A DNA stretch of 62,237 bases, filler included, from Piptocephalis cylindrospora (GCA_003614145.1; 10 parts of 10 records of this genome joined end to end with filler, not necessarily neighbours in it); one strand, 5' to 3'; positions 1 through 10,899 are shown, counted from the first letter of the whole stretch. Notes: generated by a model not told the origin, from the sequence alone. Translations and numbers: made by a program.

Positions 1-1798
1 TTCCTAGGTGAATCAGCATCGCTTTTCTCTCTCTCCCCATCATATTAACACAAGGAGCATGGGATCACTTACATAAAATTCCACCTGTTCTCGTAACGAG
101 GCCATCTCATCCATGGTATCAGGATGTTCTCGAAATTTCTGTCCACTCCCCATTGTCCGCTTTTCCGTTTCGACGAGTCTATGCTCTAAAGTCCTTATTT
201 TAGCCTGAGCCCTGGACAGTGCTCTACCCATCGACCTACATGAGCAAGTGTATATGCGTGTGTGACCATGGTGTGAGGGATAGTGGTATTGTGGGAAAAT
301 ATCAAAATAAACAAACACCTCTCTTCCCATTTACCTAACAGAGGACCACTCTTCACGTGGAAGCACACCATAGGGTTCCTCCTCTTTGTACCCCTCCATC
401 CCTAGACCGATATCCGTCATAGGGCTAGGGGAGGGAGATGAGCGAGCCGAAAGCTGCCGAAGTTCGGCATTTGCCTGCTCATACAATCCTCGTAGATTAT
501 CCCTTTCTTCCCGGATTCCCCCAAGGGCCTTTTCCATCTCATACAGCTGACCCTCAAACTTTTTCAACGATACCACTAGCTTATCTCGCTCTCTAATGAC
601 ATTTTGTAGATGAAGGATGGGCGTAAGTGAGGAGGCGCATTCAAGGTTAGTATTTGTCAATTTACCTTTGAGTCATCGCCAGCTCTTCCCGAATCTCTTC
701 TGTGTTCAAAGTCAAAGGAACGGGCCCTTTCCCATCTTTCCCTACCCCTAGAATAACTTTATCCTTCTCTTCTTCCGCATCTCGCAGTTTCTACAAAAGG
801 AGGTACCAAATGAGTGATGTATGACAGGACACTGACTTTTTCATGGTGCGTATCCTACCTTTTCTAAGTGCTGTACTCGATCTTGTAGATATCCAATTTG
901 CTCCTCTAAATGCTCAGATACTGCAGCATCCTTTCCTTCCTTCTCCTCTCCCTCTTCCCCACTATTTTCATCTTCATCCGAGTCTGTCGATACAGACTGA
1001 AGCATGTCAAGTTCCAAGGTCAATTGGGCAATCTGAGCGTCCCTTGCTTCAAGGGCCTCTCCCAGTGCTGCAGTCTATCCTCTCGTCCCATCGGTCATTT
1101 CCCATTAGTACTACAATCATGTATATCTCTTCCTTCCCAATCCCCTACATACCCGATGCTCACACAGCCGGACAATATCAATCATATGAGAATCCACCTG
1201 GGTCGAAGAAATCCCCTGCTTCTCCTCCCATGCTTGGGGATCAGATGGCTCTATAGACCATTTGTTTCATGTTATTTCCCCAAATAGGACGGGATAAAAT
1301 CAGTGATTTGCCCTTCTAATCACTTGACTGCATAAAAGCTTACCCACGGAGGAAGTCAGGTCTATGCGTCTGGACAAATCAAGCTCTCGTCCATGAATAT
1401 CACGAAGATTGCTCGTTTCTACTCAAAATAAGGGCTTTCCTGAGTGAAGTACAGGTCTCCCTCCCTTTCTCTCCCTAGACTTACCTTTCTTTCCCTGGGA
1501 AAAGACCCCCAGCTTCCGAAGTCGATTATCTATCTTTCGACCCTCTATTATCACCTGCTCCCTCTCCTTGATCGATTGCTGCTTATACTGCTGGCACAGG
1601 AACTCCAGTGCAGAAGTCTCTTCTTTGGCCGCAAGACTTCGTCGTTTCGCCTCTGCCTTCAGCCTGGTCAACCGCTCTTGGGCCAGAAGGAGTCGGGCCC
1701 GCAACTGGGCATTCTCTTCGACAAGCCCCTCCCCATCCAATGCCCTTGTGTTAATATGATGGGGAGAGAGAGAAAAGCGATGCTGATTCACCTAGGAA
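1..1798. repeat. Exact 55-bp inverted duplication (1-55 is the reverse complement of 1744-1798)
   Basis: ttcctaggtgaatcagcatcgcttttctctctctccccatcatattaacacaagg at 1-55; its reverse complement at 1744-1798. Confidence 0.95.
74..1743 (-). CDS. CEP135: CEP135/Bld10-like centriolar coiled-coil protein, main multi-exon part; 5' end missing, continues on + strand at about 1796-2138
   Basis: GT-AG exons encode, in order, LVEENAQLRARLL..EETSALEFLCQQY..SQGKK, DSHMIDIVRLCEHR, LEARDAQIAQL, HLEEQIGYLQDRVQHLEK and RERDKLVVSLKKFEGQLYEMEKALGGIREERDNLRGLYEQANAELRQL. Each resembles a successive CEP135 N-terminal block as I recall it (RENNEL..ETADLKFLNNQY..GGKK; IADLLQVADNR; HLNIQVDFLQQANKDLEK; RERDKLQRMLERFE..ERDKLSVLYNEAQEEL). 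Confidence 0.72.
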
Positions 1799-2138
1799 AC
1801 TCAATGAAACAACCAGAAAAAGGGTCATAGGATGGCCGTGGATACAGAGCGTCAGTATGGACAGATCCAAGAGGAACTGGAGGCTTTACGAGTGAAGGTC
1901 AAAGGCCTTGAATGTAAGCCACCTATTCTTGTCTGATGACCTTTGTCTTTTTCGACATATCTTCTGATCTATCTATTCGCGTCCGCTAGGTCAGGAAAAG
2001 GCATGGAGGGGGAGGGTGGAGCGGGATCAAGGGGAAAAGGCGAGGATTGGGACGAGGCTCACCCACCTACAGGATCGGGTCTCCAGTGAGGTTCACCAGC
2101 TGCAGGATCAGGTGAATGGCCTTCTACGGTCTCCGTGA
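1796..2138 (+). CDS. Downstream coiled-coil exons of the same CEP135-like gene, displaced by an inversion
   Basis: Reads KKGHRMAVDTERQYGQIQEELEALRVKVKGLE / CQEKAWRGRVERDQGEKARIGTRLTHLQDRVSSEVHQLQDQ with a GT-AG intron at about 1914-1989. The preceding intron tail (1744-1798) is the same sequence the minus-strand gene runs into at 55-1, and the phase matches. Confidence 0.5.
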
Positions 2139-3448
2139 GTGTACTAGATGGAAGGATGGGGGGACGGGGAAAGGTGCAAGGAGCCCCTTAATGTACCATG
2201 TGAATTACCTTTATCTGGAAATACCCATTCTTCCCTTCCCGGACTTGATCCGTGGATAGAGGTACACCTCATGCATCAAGTCAAAGAGCACTCTCCTCCC
2301 ATCCCGGTCAAATCTGAGCTGCATTGGTCGTGAGGGACATTCCGAGTAGAGAGATGTGCATAACAGTGGGATGTGTAGGGACAGGGTACGTCGATCCTAG
2401 CATCAATGCATTGGTTCGTCCTTTTTCTCAGGCAGACGCCCAATATCTTTTGGCCACCTGCAATGCCTACCACTAGAGGCGTAGGCAAGCTGTTCTTGAG
2501 TCCTATTGCGACCTGGTCGGATACAGTGGTGAGCAGTTGGACAGGGATTGGCTAGTGTGACAGTGTCCCTCAGAAGGGATGTTCCTTACCGTGACAACTC
2601 CGCCAGGCGCCAGCCCCGCCCACCACATCCTCTCCTTGGTGACGACCAGAACCAGGAGGATAGAGAACGGTGAGTGGCGAGGTGGAACTGCGCTGGAGGA
2701 CCCGCCTCTCCCCCCCATTAAGGCTACACAGAATGCACTTGGGGGAGGACAAGGTTTCTCCAAGCGATGCTCTTGTATCTCCTCTCTCTTGGGGCCCTCA
2801 CTCTCTCCATTTAGGAATGCGGCCATTGGTGGTTTCCCTGTCCTTGCGCGCGTCCACCCAACAACAGGGCATTCGGGTCTCTCTGGATGTCTGTCTTTAT
2901 CTCCCTTACGTTTCCTTTCTTTCTTCCCTTATTTCTTCCCTACTATAACCTCTGCTCCTGCTGTTTCGCCGTGTGTGCGTGTACATCCCCATCTCTTCCC
3001 CCTATACATCCCCATTTGTGTGTGTACGCGCGCTTCTATGAGAAAAGGACCGGTTATGTCTGATACGACACCTGCCGAGGCTTTACCTGCTACCTCTACC
3101 GGCACAGCGCCTCCTGAACTTCCCTTGGATCGAGATATCCCCGAGTATGCCCTGGGTCGACGAAATGCCATTGACGAGGGATCTCATCCGCTGGGGTGTG
3201 GGGAGGAGGAGTAGCCACCACCTGGAGAGGAAGAGGAAGTATGTACATAGTCATTCTGTATATTTCAACAGGACTGGGATGGAAAGAGCCGGGTGGATGC
3301 CGGAAAGAAGAGAATACACGCGAATGATCATTGTGTTGCTCTGTTATATCTTTATATACCATCCACGTCTTGCCATTCTATCTGTATGAACTATTCATTT
3401 CCTCTTCTCTTTCCCATTTCACTAAACAAATAACCCCTAATGGGTCGC

Positions 3449-4192
3449 TCATAGATACTTCTTGGCCAGTAATCGGACCTTGGTATCAAAGGCCGAGGAC
3501 CGAATGGGCTGATTTGGTTCATGGAAGGGATTCAAGAGAATCTACAGGGTGTTATCATGGTAGAAGATGTAAATGAGCTATTTATGCCAACGACTGGGAA
3601 GTGGGTCTTTTCTCAGAGTACCCACCTTGATGTAAAGCTCATGGCAATCCGTGAGAAAGCCTTTGATCCCATCCTCACTCTTAGAGTCGTGGAGGAGGAG
3701 GAATTTGACATCTATGTTCCAGGTAAAGGATGATGGTGTGAGGCGCAGCAAGGTCATGCCCATCTACCTTATGGGATTACTTACTTCCCGGTGTTAGGTA
3801 GGCAGAGACGAATTTGTCATTGAATCGATCCACCGTCTTCAGGTATCTACAGGGCCCAGCGATATATTGGGGTTAGTCGGCGAAACAAGAGACACTGAAT
3901 TTCCCAAGATATCACACTTACAATGCCTGGGTCCCCCAAGCCACTTCCTCGACAATATCCAGGGAGGAATGGGCAATAAACTGGTTCAAATGTCTTTGGT
4001 TATCCCGCTATCATCAGCACAGGGATGGATCAGTGAGCGTGTGTACGAAAGGAGACGAAGAGCTCGCCATCCCTATTTCCACTGGTCTCAGCCCACCTTA
4101 TCACTTGGGTTGGCACGATAGGATGTCGGGCCAAGCTCAGCTTCGTAGACAGGGTTATCTTTGGTGCCTACAATGACAAAGTAAAAGGACAT
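3449..4192 (-). CDS. TRS20: TRAPP complex subunit Trs20/sedlin (TRAPPC2), 5 exons
   Basis: Spliced product [97 protein letters not shown], with canonical introns. Confidence 0.95.
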
Positions 4193-4639
4193 GGTGGCTG
4201 CTGTAGGATGGTTGGAGAAGGAGTGAGGAGAGAGGTGTAGGAGGCATGGGGAAGCCCTACCATCCCAAGGATCAAAGCCCCCTTCCTCCCAGATCACTTC
4301 TCATCAGCAACTCCGACCGAAATGGTTGAATTTGTGCAATTTTGGGACATTTGGGTAGGTTAGGAGAAATAGGAAGATCATACAAGCACAATGCAGAATA
4401 AAAATAATTGCTATTTATCATCAAAGTGTAGATCAAGGATCACGTTAATTCATTTCGTCAGATTCGCGATATAATGAAGTCTCCCCCGATGCATTCTTAA
4501 ACATTGACCAGTGTTCATGCTGGGCCCCATATAATGACCTGATAAGGCATGGAGGCCCTACTGGAGGGTACACATGCTTATAGACAGGACTGCCACGAGG
4601 CCATAAACCATATATCCCGTGAAATCGCGCCACACTCGC

Positions 4640-6115
4640 CTATCCTTCCACTGGGTTCCCCGAAGGCTGAATATTCTGGGAGCGCATACGTTCAAATACG
4701 GTACGAGGCCGAATTTTCTCTGTCATGCCCTGGAGAACTACTGGCCATTTCCTCATGACATCTCTGGGTCGTTTCCGAATATGACTAGGATGTCTGCACG
4801 GGCCAGGCTCCTCAGCGTTCTCCTCGCCCTCCACAACGCGCATGCAAACGGAATCTCCACAAGTCCCACTGTATCGGGCGGCACAGGAAGAACATTGGAG
4901 GAAGAGAAGATTGCATCGACGGTTCGGACAGTTGGTGTACACATCACACGGGGCGCCGCACTGATGGCACGAAGACACAATCTCCTCAGGAGTTACGGGT
5001 TCACCCCGACGCTTATCGAAGGTAAAATTGGCCCCGTGGTAGAGGGATCGAAGGTGAGGGGATTCTTTGGCGATATAATTCCCGTATGCCGTGATTCCCC
5101 CGTCAAGCTTTCAAGGGGGCAGGAGGAGTGAATGAGTATGTATGAATAGAAGGAGAAGACCCCTCTCTTTGGTGAACGTACTGCTCGAACATCTTCGCAG
5201 CCTTGGGAGCGAAGGATGGCTCCAGCCTTGGAGCAGCGGATTCCCCCGGTACAATACATATAGATGGTGCGATTGGGGTTGTCCTTGACGATACGTTGGA
5301 CCTCAACTAGTTCCTCTCGAAAAGTATTGACGTCAGGTCGAATGGCGCCTTCAAAATACCCAATCTCACTCTCATAATGATTGCGCATGTCAATGAGTAG
5401 GGGAGAGTCTAGGGAGGCCGGCGAAGAAAGTTGACGGTGCCATTCCTTTGGGGAAAGGTAGGTCGGGGCCAGGGTCAAGTCGTACGAGGCAGGGTCAAGG
5501 CCATCGGCAACAATCTGCTTCCGGACCCGGACGTCCAACTGACGAAAGGCTTTTCCATGCTGGGTAGCCCAATTAAAGCGAATGTTGGCAAGAAGGTTTT
5601 TTTTGAAGTTGGGTCAGAGTGGGAGTGATTGTTGGGAGATCTGGATTATCACACCATGCACGCAGAGCATCCAATTGGGAGGAAGGGCAGGATATTTGAG
5701 CGTTAATACCCTCAGTCGCCAGGTAAATGCGACCTACTATACCCATGCCACCCAGAGCCTGGCTGATGAGATCACGTAGATCCTGATGATGTTCAGAGGG
5801 TACTGAAGTGAAACGATAAAATGACAAGATGGTGTAGTCGTCTGGTGAGGCTAATTGGCCCTTGGATTCGTTTTCTAAAGTCCTTATACCCTCTTCGACA
5901 ATTTTGGGCTCTCCCTTCACGGTCCTGGGCGTTGCAGGAAGAGGGCTAGTGGAATATGGACGTGGGGTCACTATTCGAGAAAATGTAGTATCCTTCCAGT
6001 GAAAGTCCGAGCTACACCCACTATCCCTATTGCCCATACCAAGGGGGCGCCCAGATGACAAAAGCCACCTGAAGGGGCCTTTATGCGGTAGAGCCTTAAG
6101 ACCACGGCGTAGCAT
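4640..6115 (-). CDS. TrhO/UPF0176 (TSTD2-like) rhodanese-domain protein with probable mitochondrial presequence; 1-nt frameshift near 5600
   Basis: Motifs LSFYRF, GRIYLATEGINAQIS, LIDMRNHYESEIGYFEGAI, MYCTGGIRCSKA, LDGGITAY, FTFDKR and a Cys-rich tail CHQCGAPC..NCPNRRCNLLFLQC. One intron at about 5110-5180. N-terminus is basic and Ser/Leu-rich. Confidence 0.88.
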
Positions 6116-6184
6116 GCCTATCGACAGGTAAATGAGGAAAGGAAAGGGGAAGGGGTGACTCGGACAAGTCCAGACAGGTCATAC

Positions 6185-6284
6185 NNNNNNNNNNNNNNNN
6201 NNNNNNNNNNNNNNNNNNNNNNNNNNNNTTAATTAATTAANNNNNNNNNNNNNNNNNNNNNNNNNNNNNNNNNNNNNNNNNNNN
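6185..6284. other. Artificial contig linker N44-TTAATTAATTAA-N44; identical linkers at 12462-12561, 18735-18834, 24983-25082, 31221-31320, 37429-37528, 43636-43735, 49838-49937 and 56040-56139
   Basis: Nine identical 100-bp spacers containing a six-frame stop cassette; intervening segment lengths never increase along the window. Confidence 0.98.

Positions 6285-6338
<54 letters not shown>
6285..6338 (+). repeat. (CT)n microsatellite at contig start
   Basis: About 26 CT units, directly visible. Confidence 0.95.
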
Positions 6339-6339
<1 letters not shown>

Positions 6340-6343
<4 letters not shown>

Positions 6344-8040
6344 TGCTTCAATCTCCGACAAAACTTCTACTTGATTAGCTTGAAGTTATACTTCATCTTT
6401 TCAAAAAGGAATTTCCCTGGTTCAATTCTGATCATTATGAAGGAAATCAATTCTTTCGGGACTAAATCCTATGCTCAAGCCACTCGTGCTAATGCTGGGA
6501 CCACTGCTCCTCATCAACCTACTATGCCCCCAGACAAGCTTACTTCCTTTTCCACCTCCATCTATTTTGAAGGACTTATAAATGGAGTGGCCTTTGACTT
6601 TAGTCATATTGAAGGCTCCTTAACGCAATGGTCAAAGGCCTTGGCATCCTTTTTCATGAAGGATACGACCATGTACAAGATTAAGCCTCAGGAAAGGATC
6701 ATTCTCTTGTCTTTCAAGACCCGGGAAAAGGCAGATGAAATCCTTCGCCAAGAGTTTTACCTTGAAGGTACCCCTGTACCCCTGAAAAAGGTGATTCAAT
6801 GGGGAGCTCAGGTCTTACCTGTGCATCTCCGTAACTTGCCAGGGGGTGACTTGGATTCTCTTCAGGATAAGATTACTAATGTCTTGGAACCCATTGGACG
6901 CATCATCTCCTTCCAATTTGATCGTTGTGATTGGAATCCCATTATCTTCGAAACGTCTGCTACACTTTTATTTGATCTTTCTGATCAAATGGATCTTCCT
7001 TCCAAACTTCCTTCGCTAATTGAAGTTATGGGAACTAAAGTACATCTTGGATGGCGTGGTTCCCCAAAGGTATGTTTCAAGTGTAGCAAACCAGGACATA
7101 TCAGTCGTCAATGTTCTTCATTTCAGATCTTACCCAAGACTGGAAATTCTTTATCTTCTTCTTCATCCTCCAAGATAACTATGACTGAGAATCAAAAGAG
7201 TAAGACCAACACTATCACCAAGGTGGCAGATATGGCAAATCAAAAAAAGAAAGAAAAAAAGAAGGATAACAAATCCCAAAAGAATTCTCAAAGCACATCT
7301 CAAAAGAATCAAAGTATGGATTCTGAGCCTACTGAACATTCAGAAGATTTGATGGATGACATCCAGTTTGAGGATGAATCTATGCCAAGAAAGATCATTC
7401 CTCTAGGACATTTTGAAAAACTCAAAATGAATCGAAAGATAAAGAATAGGGCCAAGAAGAATGGTAGGACCAAGATTTTTCTTAATCCAAATTCCACCAT
7501 GAATCCTTCTGTTGAAGAGAAACAGGAAGAAGGGATTAAAAGATCTCATGATCCCTCTTCTGCCCAGGGTTTAACACCAAACCGAAAGAAAGTGGAGACT
7601 TCTTCGCAAAACTCTTTCAAGGTTTTGGCTGAGCCAAATGATGATGATAAGTCAAAGTCAAAGAAACCTGACAAGATTGCATCTATGTTAGATGGAATGG
7701 CCTGTGGAAACTTGAATAATTCTCGATATGCTCTTCGGAGTACGAATTCTAAAGGAAAGAAGAAGTCCCTTAGATCCTCTTCCCAACATTAGATATGACC
7801 CGCAAGGGTATATCTAAGAGATGAACGATAAGCTCCTGGAACACAGGGGCCTTGATCCAATTCCAGAAGAACGCAGGTGATGTCTCATCTTGTTGCCCAT
7901 AAGGGTCAGATGGACATTGTTTGTCTTCAGGAAACGAGATTTTGTGAAAAAGCTCCTGAATCTTTTTTAAGATGAATTTGTAAAGACTTTTAGGAAAAAG
8001 GGGAAGATTGTAATTTTCCCCAATACATTTCGCTGTTTAT
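6340..8040 (+). mobile_element. LINE-like retroelement, 3'-truncated; ORF2 APE-endonuclease start is pseudogenised
   Basis: An ATG at 7795, 2 nt after the ORF1 stop, leads to ISSWNT and MDIVCLQETR (APE motifs) with an in-frame TGA and a frameshift; no reverse transcriptase follows. Boundaries approximate. Confidence 0.8.
6437..7792 (+). CDS. Non-LTR retrotransposon (LINE) ORF1, gag-like zinc-knuckle protein
   Basis: Intronless, AT-rich ORF with an RRM-like region (VHLRNLP), a CCHC knuckle CFKCSKPGHISRQC and a Lys/Ser-rich tail; immediately followed by an endonuclease remnant. Confidence 0.85.
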   Translation: MKEINSFGTKSYAQATRANAGTTAPHQPTMPPDKLTSFSTSIYFEGLINGVAFDFSHIEGSLTQWSKALASFFMKDTTMYKIKPQERIILLSFKTREKADEILRQEFYLEGTPVPLKKVIQWGAQVLPVHLRNLPGGDLDSLQDKITNVLEPIGRIISFQFDRCDWNPIIFETSATLLFDLSDQMDLPSKLPSLIEVMGTKVHLGWRGSPKVCFKCSKPGHISRQCSSFQILPKTGNSLSSSSSSKITMTENQKSKTNTITKVADMANQKKKEKKKDNKSQKNSQSTSQKNQSMDSEPTEHSEDLMDDIQFEDESMPRKIIPLGHFEKLKMNRKIKNRAKKNGRTKIFLNPNSTMNPSVEEKQEEGIKRSHDPSSAQGLTPNRKKVETSSQNSFKVLAEPNDDDKSKSKKPDKIASMLDGMACGNLNNSRYALRSTNSKGKKKSLRSSSQH

Positions 8041-8192
8041 CATCATCTATTATGACGCATTCAAAAGAAACATTTGTTGTGATCACCAACTCAACCTAGG
8101 ATAGATGGTCCGTAGCTACAAAACCGTCTATTCTTTCCTAGTGTCTTGAATCCCTTTTTATCCAAGACCTGCCAGACAAGTCACCTCTTCTC

Positions 8193-8468
8193 ATGTCCAT
8201 ATCTCCTATACCACCCCATATCCCCTCCTTACACTTATACCGGGCAGCGTTGCGCGTTTGCAAAGCCTTCCCCGTGGTGGCCCTACGGTCCAAGCTGGCC
8301 TACAATGCCCGGGACCTTCTCGACCTATATCGATGCGTTGAACCTGGTGGACAGCGGGATGCCTTGATCAAGGACGGGTACAAGGATCTGGCGTACCTGA
8401 GTCAATTCCACCATCTAACCGAGGAAGACTTATCTACACTCTTTAAAGTCCATGTCCCTCGGGACTGA
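8193..8468 (+). CDS. LYR-motif (Complex1_LYR) small mitochondrial protein
   Basis: LHLYRAALRVCKAFP..LAYNARDLLDLYR..LIKDG; 91 aa. Confidence 0.75.
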   Translation: MSISPIPPHIPSLHLYRAALRVCKAFPVVALRSKLAYNARDLLDLYRCVEPGGQRDALIKDGYKDLAYLSQFHHLTEEDLSTLFKVHVPRD

Positions 8469-8679
8469 GCATGCTACAAGAGCAGGAGCCGTTCCCTTGC
8501 ATCCTTTGGAGTGCATGTTGTAGCGTTAGGATGCCTATCGTCTTTATGAATAACCAGAGGCCACAGGATCAAAACAGATAGAGCATTTACAGTAGTATCC
8601 CCGATCAATAAAGAAAAGTATGTATTCCTATTCCAAGCCATCTATCCAACCGTGATCTGATCATCCACATCTTCATCGC

Positions 8680-10899
8680 CTATTTCCCCTTGCTGTGCTT
8701 CTGAGCAAGTTTCTCCTTTCGCTTCTTGACGGCCTTGGGCACCTTGTGCTTTCGTTTCTCCTTGGCCTCTTCCTTGGCCTTTTTCTTTCGTTCCTATTGA
8801 TAGAAAAGGGATAGGGAAATAAGTAGATTGCCCTGGACGATGATAATGAAGAGATATACCTTTTTAGCCTCCTTGTCCTCGTTCTTCTTGCCACGCGACA
8901 CCTTGTTGCCTCTCTCATCTTCACTCTCACTCTCACTTCCGCTATCGTCCTCATCATCCTCTCCATCCTCGCCTCTTTCTTCCTTTTCATCCCCGTCTCT
9001 ATCTTTTTCTTCCTCCTCTAGCACACCTTGAGTGTCCTTTTTGTCTTTTTCTTGGGTAGGGTCACTCACATCAAGTCCCCTCAATCGATGGTAGATGAGC
9101 TATGGCCAAGGAAGAGTGTAAGTCAACGTACCTCATACTCCCTTGGTGCCTCCCACATCGCGTCTTACCTCATCTCCTTCTCCCTGCTGCAACTTCTTCA
9201 CGTCCCTCTCTGCATCCACCACTTCATCCAGGGTTTGGGGAATGTACGATTGCTGGAAAACGGCTTCGTTCAACCGGTTCGCCTCTTCATCCTCCACGGT
9301 CCTAACCGCGATCCTGGCTTCAATCTAGGGTGGCACGGGGTGGATAAGTTAGAAATGGGTCTCTCACCTTTCACCCATCATCCCTCCTCCTCCCAGTCTA
9401 CCTTGTCCAGTTCAGCATCCACGGCCTTCTCCTCCATGCCAAATGTCGGATCTGTGACAAACTCAAAGAGCTCCTTGAGAAACATGACACGAACGCCATG
9501 CTTCCTAAAGTAATCCGTGACATTAGCGCAATCTTTCCGGAGAAACTCTAAAGCATGGGGATGCTCGTGCTCCACAGACTGAGAAACATCAATGATGTAG
9601 AGCTTCTTGGCATGGTACAGGATGTTGTACTCGCTAAGATCGGCGTGAACCAAGTGACACACCTGGTACATACGTCGCACATCCACCACCAGCTGTCGGT
9701 ACAGCATCGGGTATCGATCCTCAGGGATAACAGCGTCCTTAAGCCTGGGGTAGGCCCAGCCGTTCGAGTCACCGAGAAAGTCCATGAGGAGGACGTGCAT
9801 CCGGAGCAGGATTGGCTCGGGACTAGGGATGCCAGCGGCGCGTAGTCGCTTCAAATTCCGCATCTCCTTTTCCGCCCACACCTTGACCATCTTTCGTGGA
9901 TTATGCTTACTGTATCCGTGTCTAAACCGATATTCTCCACTGACGTATCTGTCTCGATCCTTGAATACGAGAATGGATGTCTTGTAAACCTTGAGCGCTC
10001 GGTGCTTCCCATCCTCGGTGACGGCATGGTACACATTGGCCTCTTTGCCCGTGGAGATGCATCCGTTAATGGAGTGGATAAAGTTACGATTGAGCATCTT
10101 GAATAGAATGATCCGGGTTCGCGGATCCAGAACCTGCTCAGATGTGGCTCGGTTGGCCTTGTCGGCCGTCCGAGATTTTTCCCCTTGGAGCTTTTTGCTT
10201 CCCAGACGAATGTCACTGGCTACGGAAGTGGACATGCGCGGGGCCGTATCTCCCCCCCCATCCAACTGGATTCGACTGGCGTACTTGCTGTACCGGGTCA
10301 ATTGATCCGTCAGTGGAGAGTGAGAGGTGGATTTGGTGCTCCCCTCCACCTTGCCTTTCTTCCCACTCCGGGCTTCTCCCTGACCCTTGGACGCTTGAGA
10401 GTTGGATGGGGCCGATTTGACCTGGTGCCCCGAGACATTTGGTGCATTGGATGAAATTAGTTGGTTCTTCATCTTGTTATACTGCTTGGTAAAGTCTATT
10501 GCAAGAGAAGGGTCGTGTGAGTCGCTCCTTCATCCTACTTCATCGTAATTGCTTTAGAGACCTCGAATCTTACCTCCTCGGACATCCTCCCACCCGTCAA
10601 AGTCATTCAACTCATCCATAAATTCGTTTTCGTCATCTTCATCGTACTCATCTCCATCATAATACTTATCATCCTCGTAGTAATCATTCTCGTCATCTTT
10701 GTGTGCTTGCTCGGCAGAGGGAGCGACATTGGTCTACATTACTCGCGGGCCATTCGAGCGAAAGATGAGTCAATGTGCATCCCGTCGAAGGGCGGATACG
10801 GCCATCTTCACTTACCTTTTCATCCCGCTCAAGGCGCTCCTCCTTGGCTGGTGGGGATGTCGAGTTCACCAAGGTCGATCTTGGCTGTGGCTCGGCCAT
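8680..10899 (-). CDS. RIO1: RIO1 atypical Ser/Thr kinase (40S maturation), multi-exon
   Basis: [74 protein letters not shown]; acidic and Lys-rich C-terminus. Confidence 0.97.

Noticed and set aside
1805..1807. In-frame TGA in the CEP135-like continuation (ETQ*NNQ), as possible selenocysteine or readthrough
   Set aside because: An alternative in-frame CAG acceptor ending at 1816 skips it, the site is next to a chimeric junction, and there is no redox motif or evident SECIS.
2579..3389. Possible small + strand gene (MSDTTPAE..)
   Set aside because: I could not build a consistent spliced model or recognise a family.
3521..3733. Protein-like + strand ORF
   Set aside because: Antisense shadow of TRS20 exons.
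6229..6240. TTAATTAATTAA recurring at regular spacing, as a possible repeat array or recombination site
   Set aside because: Always embedded in N44 flanks; it is a synthetic six-frame stop linker.
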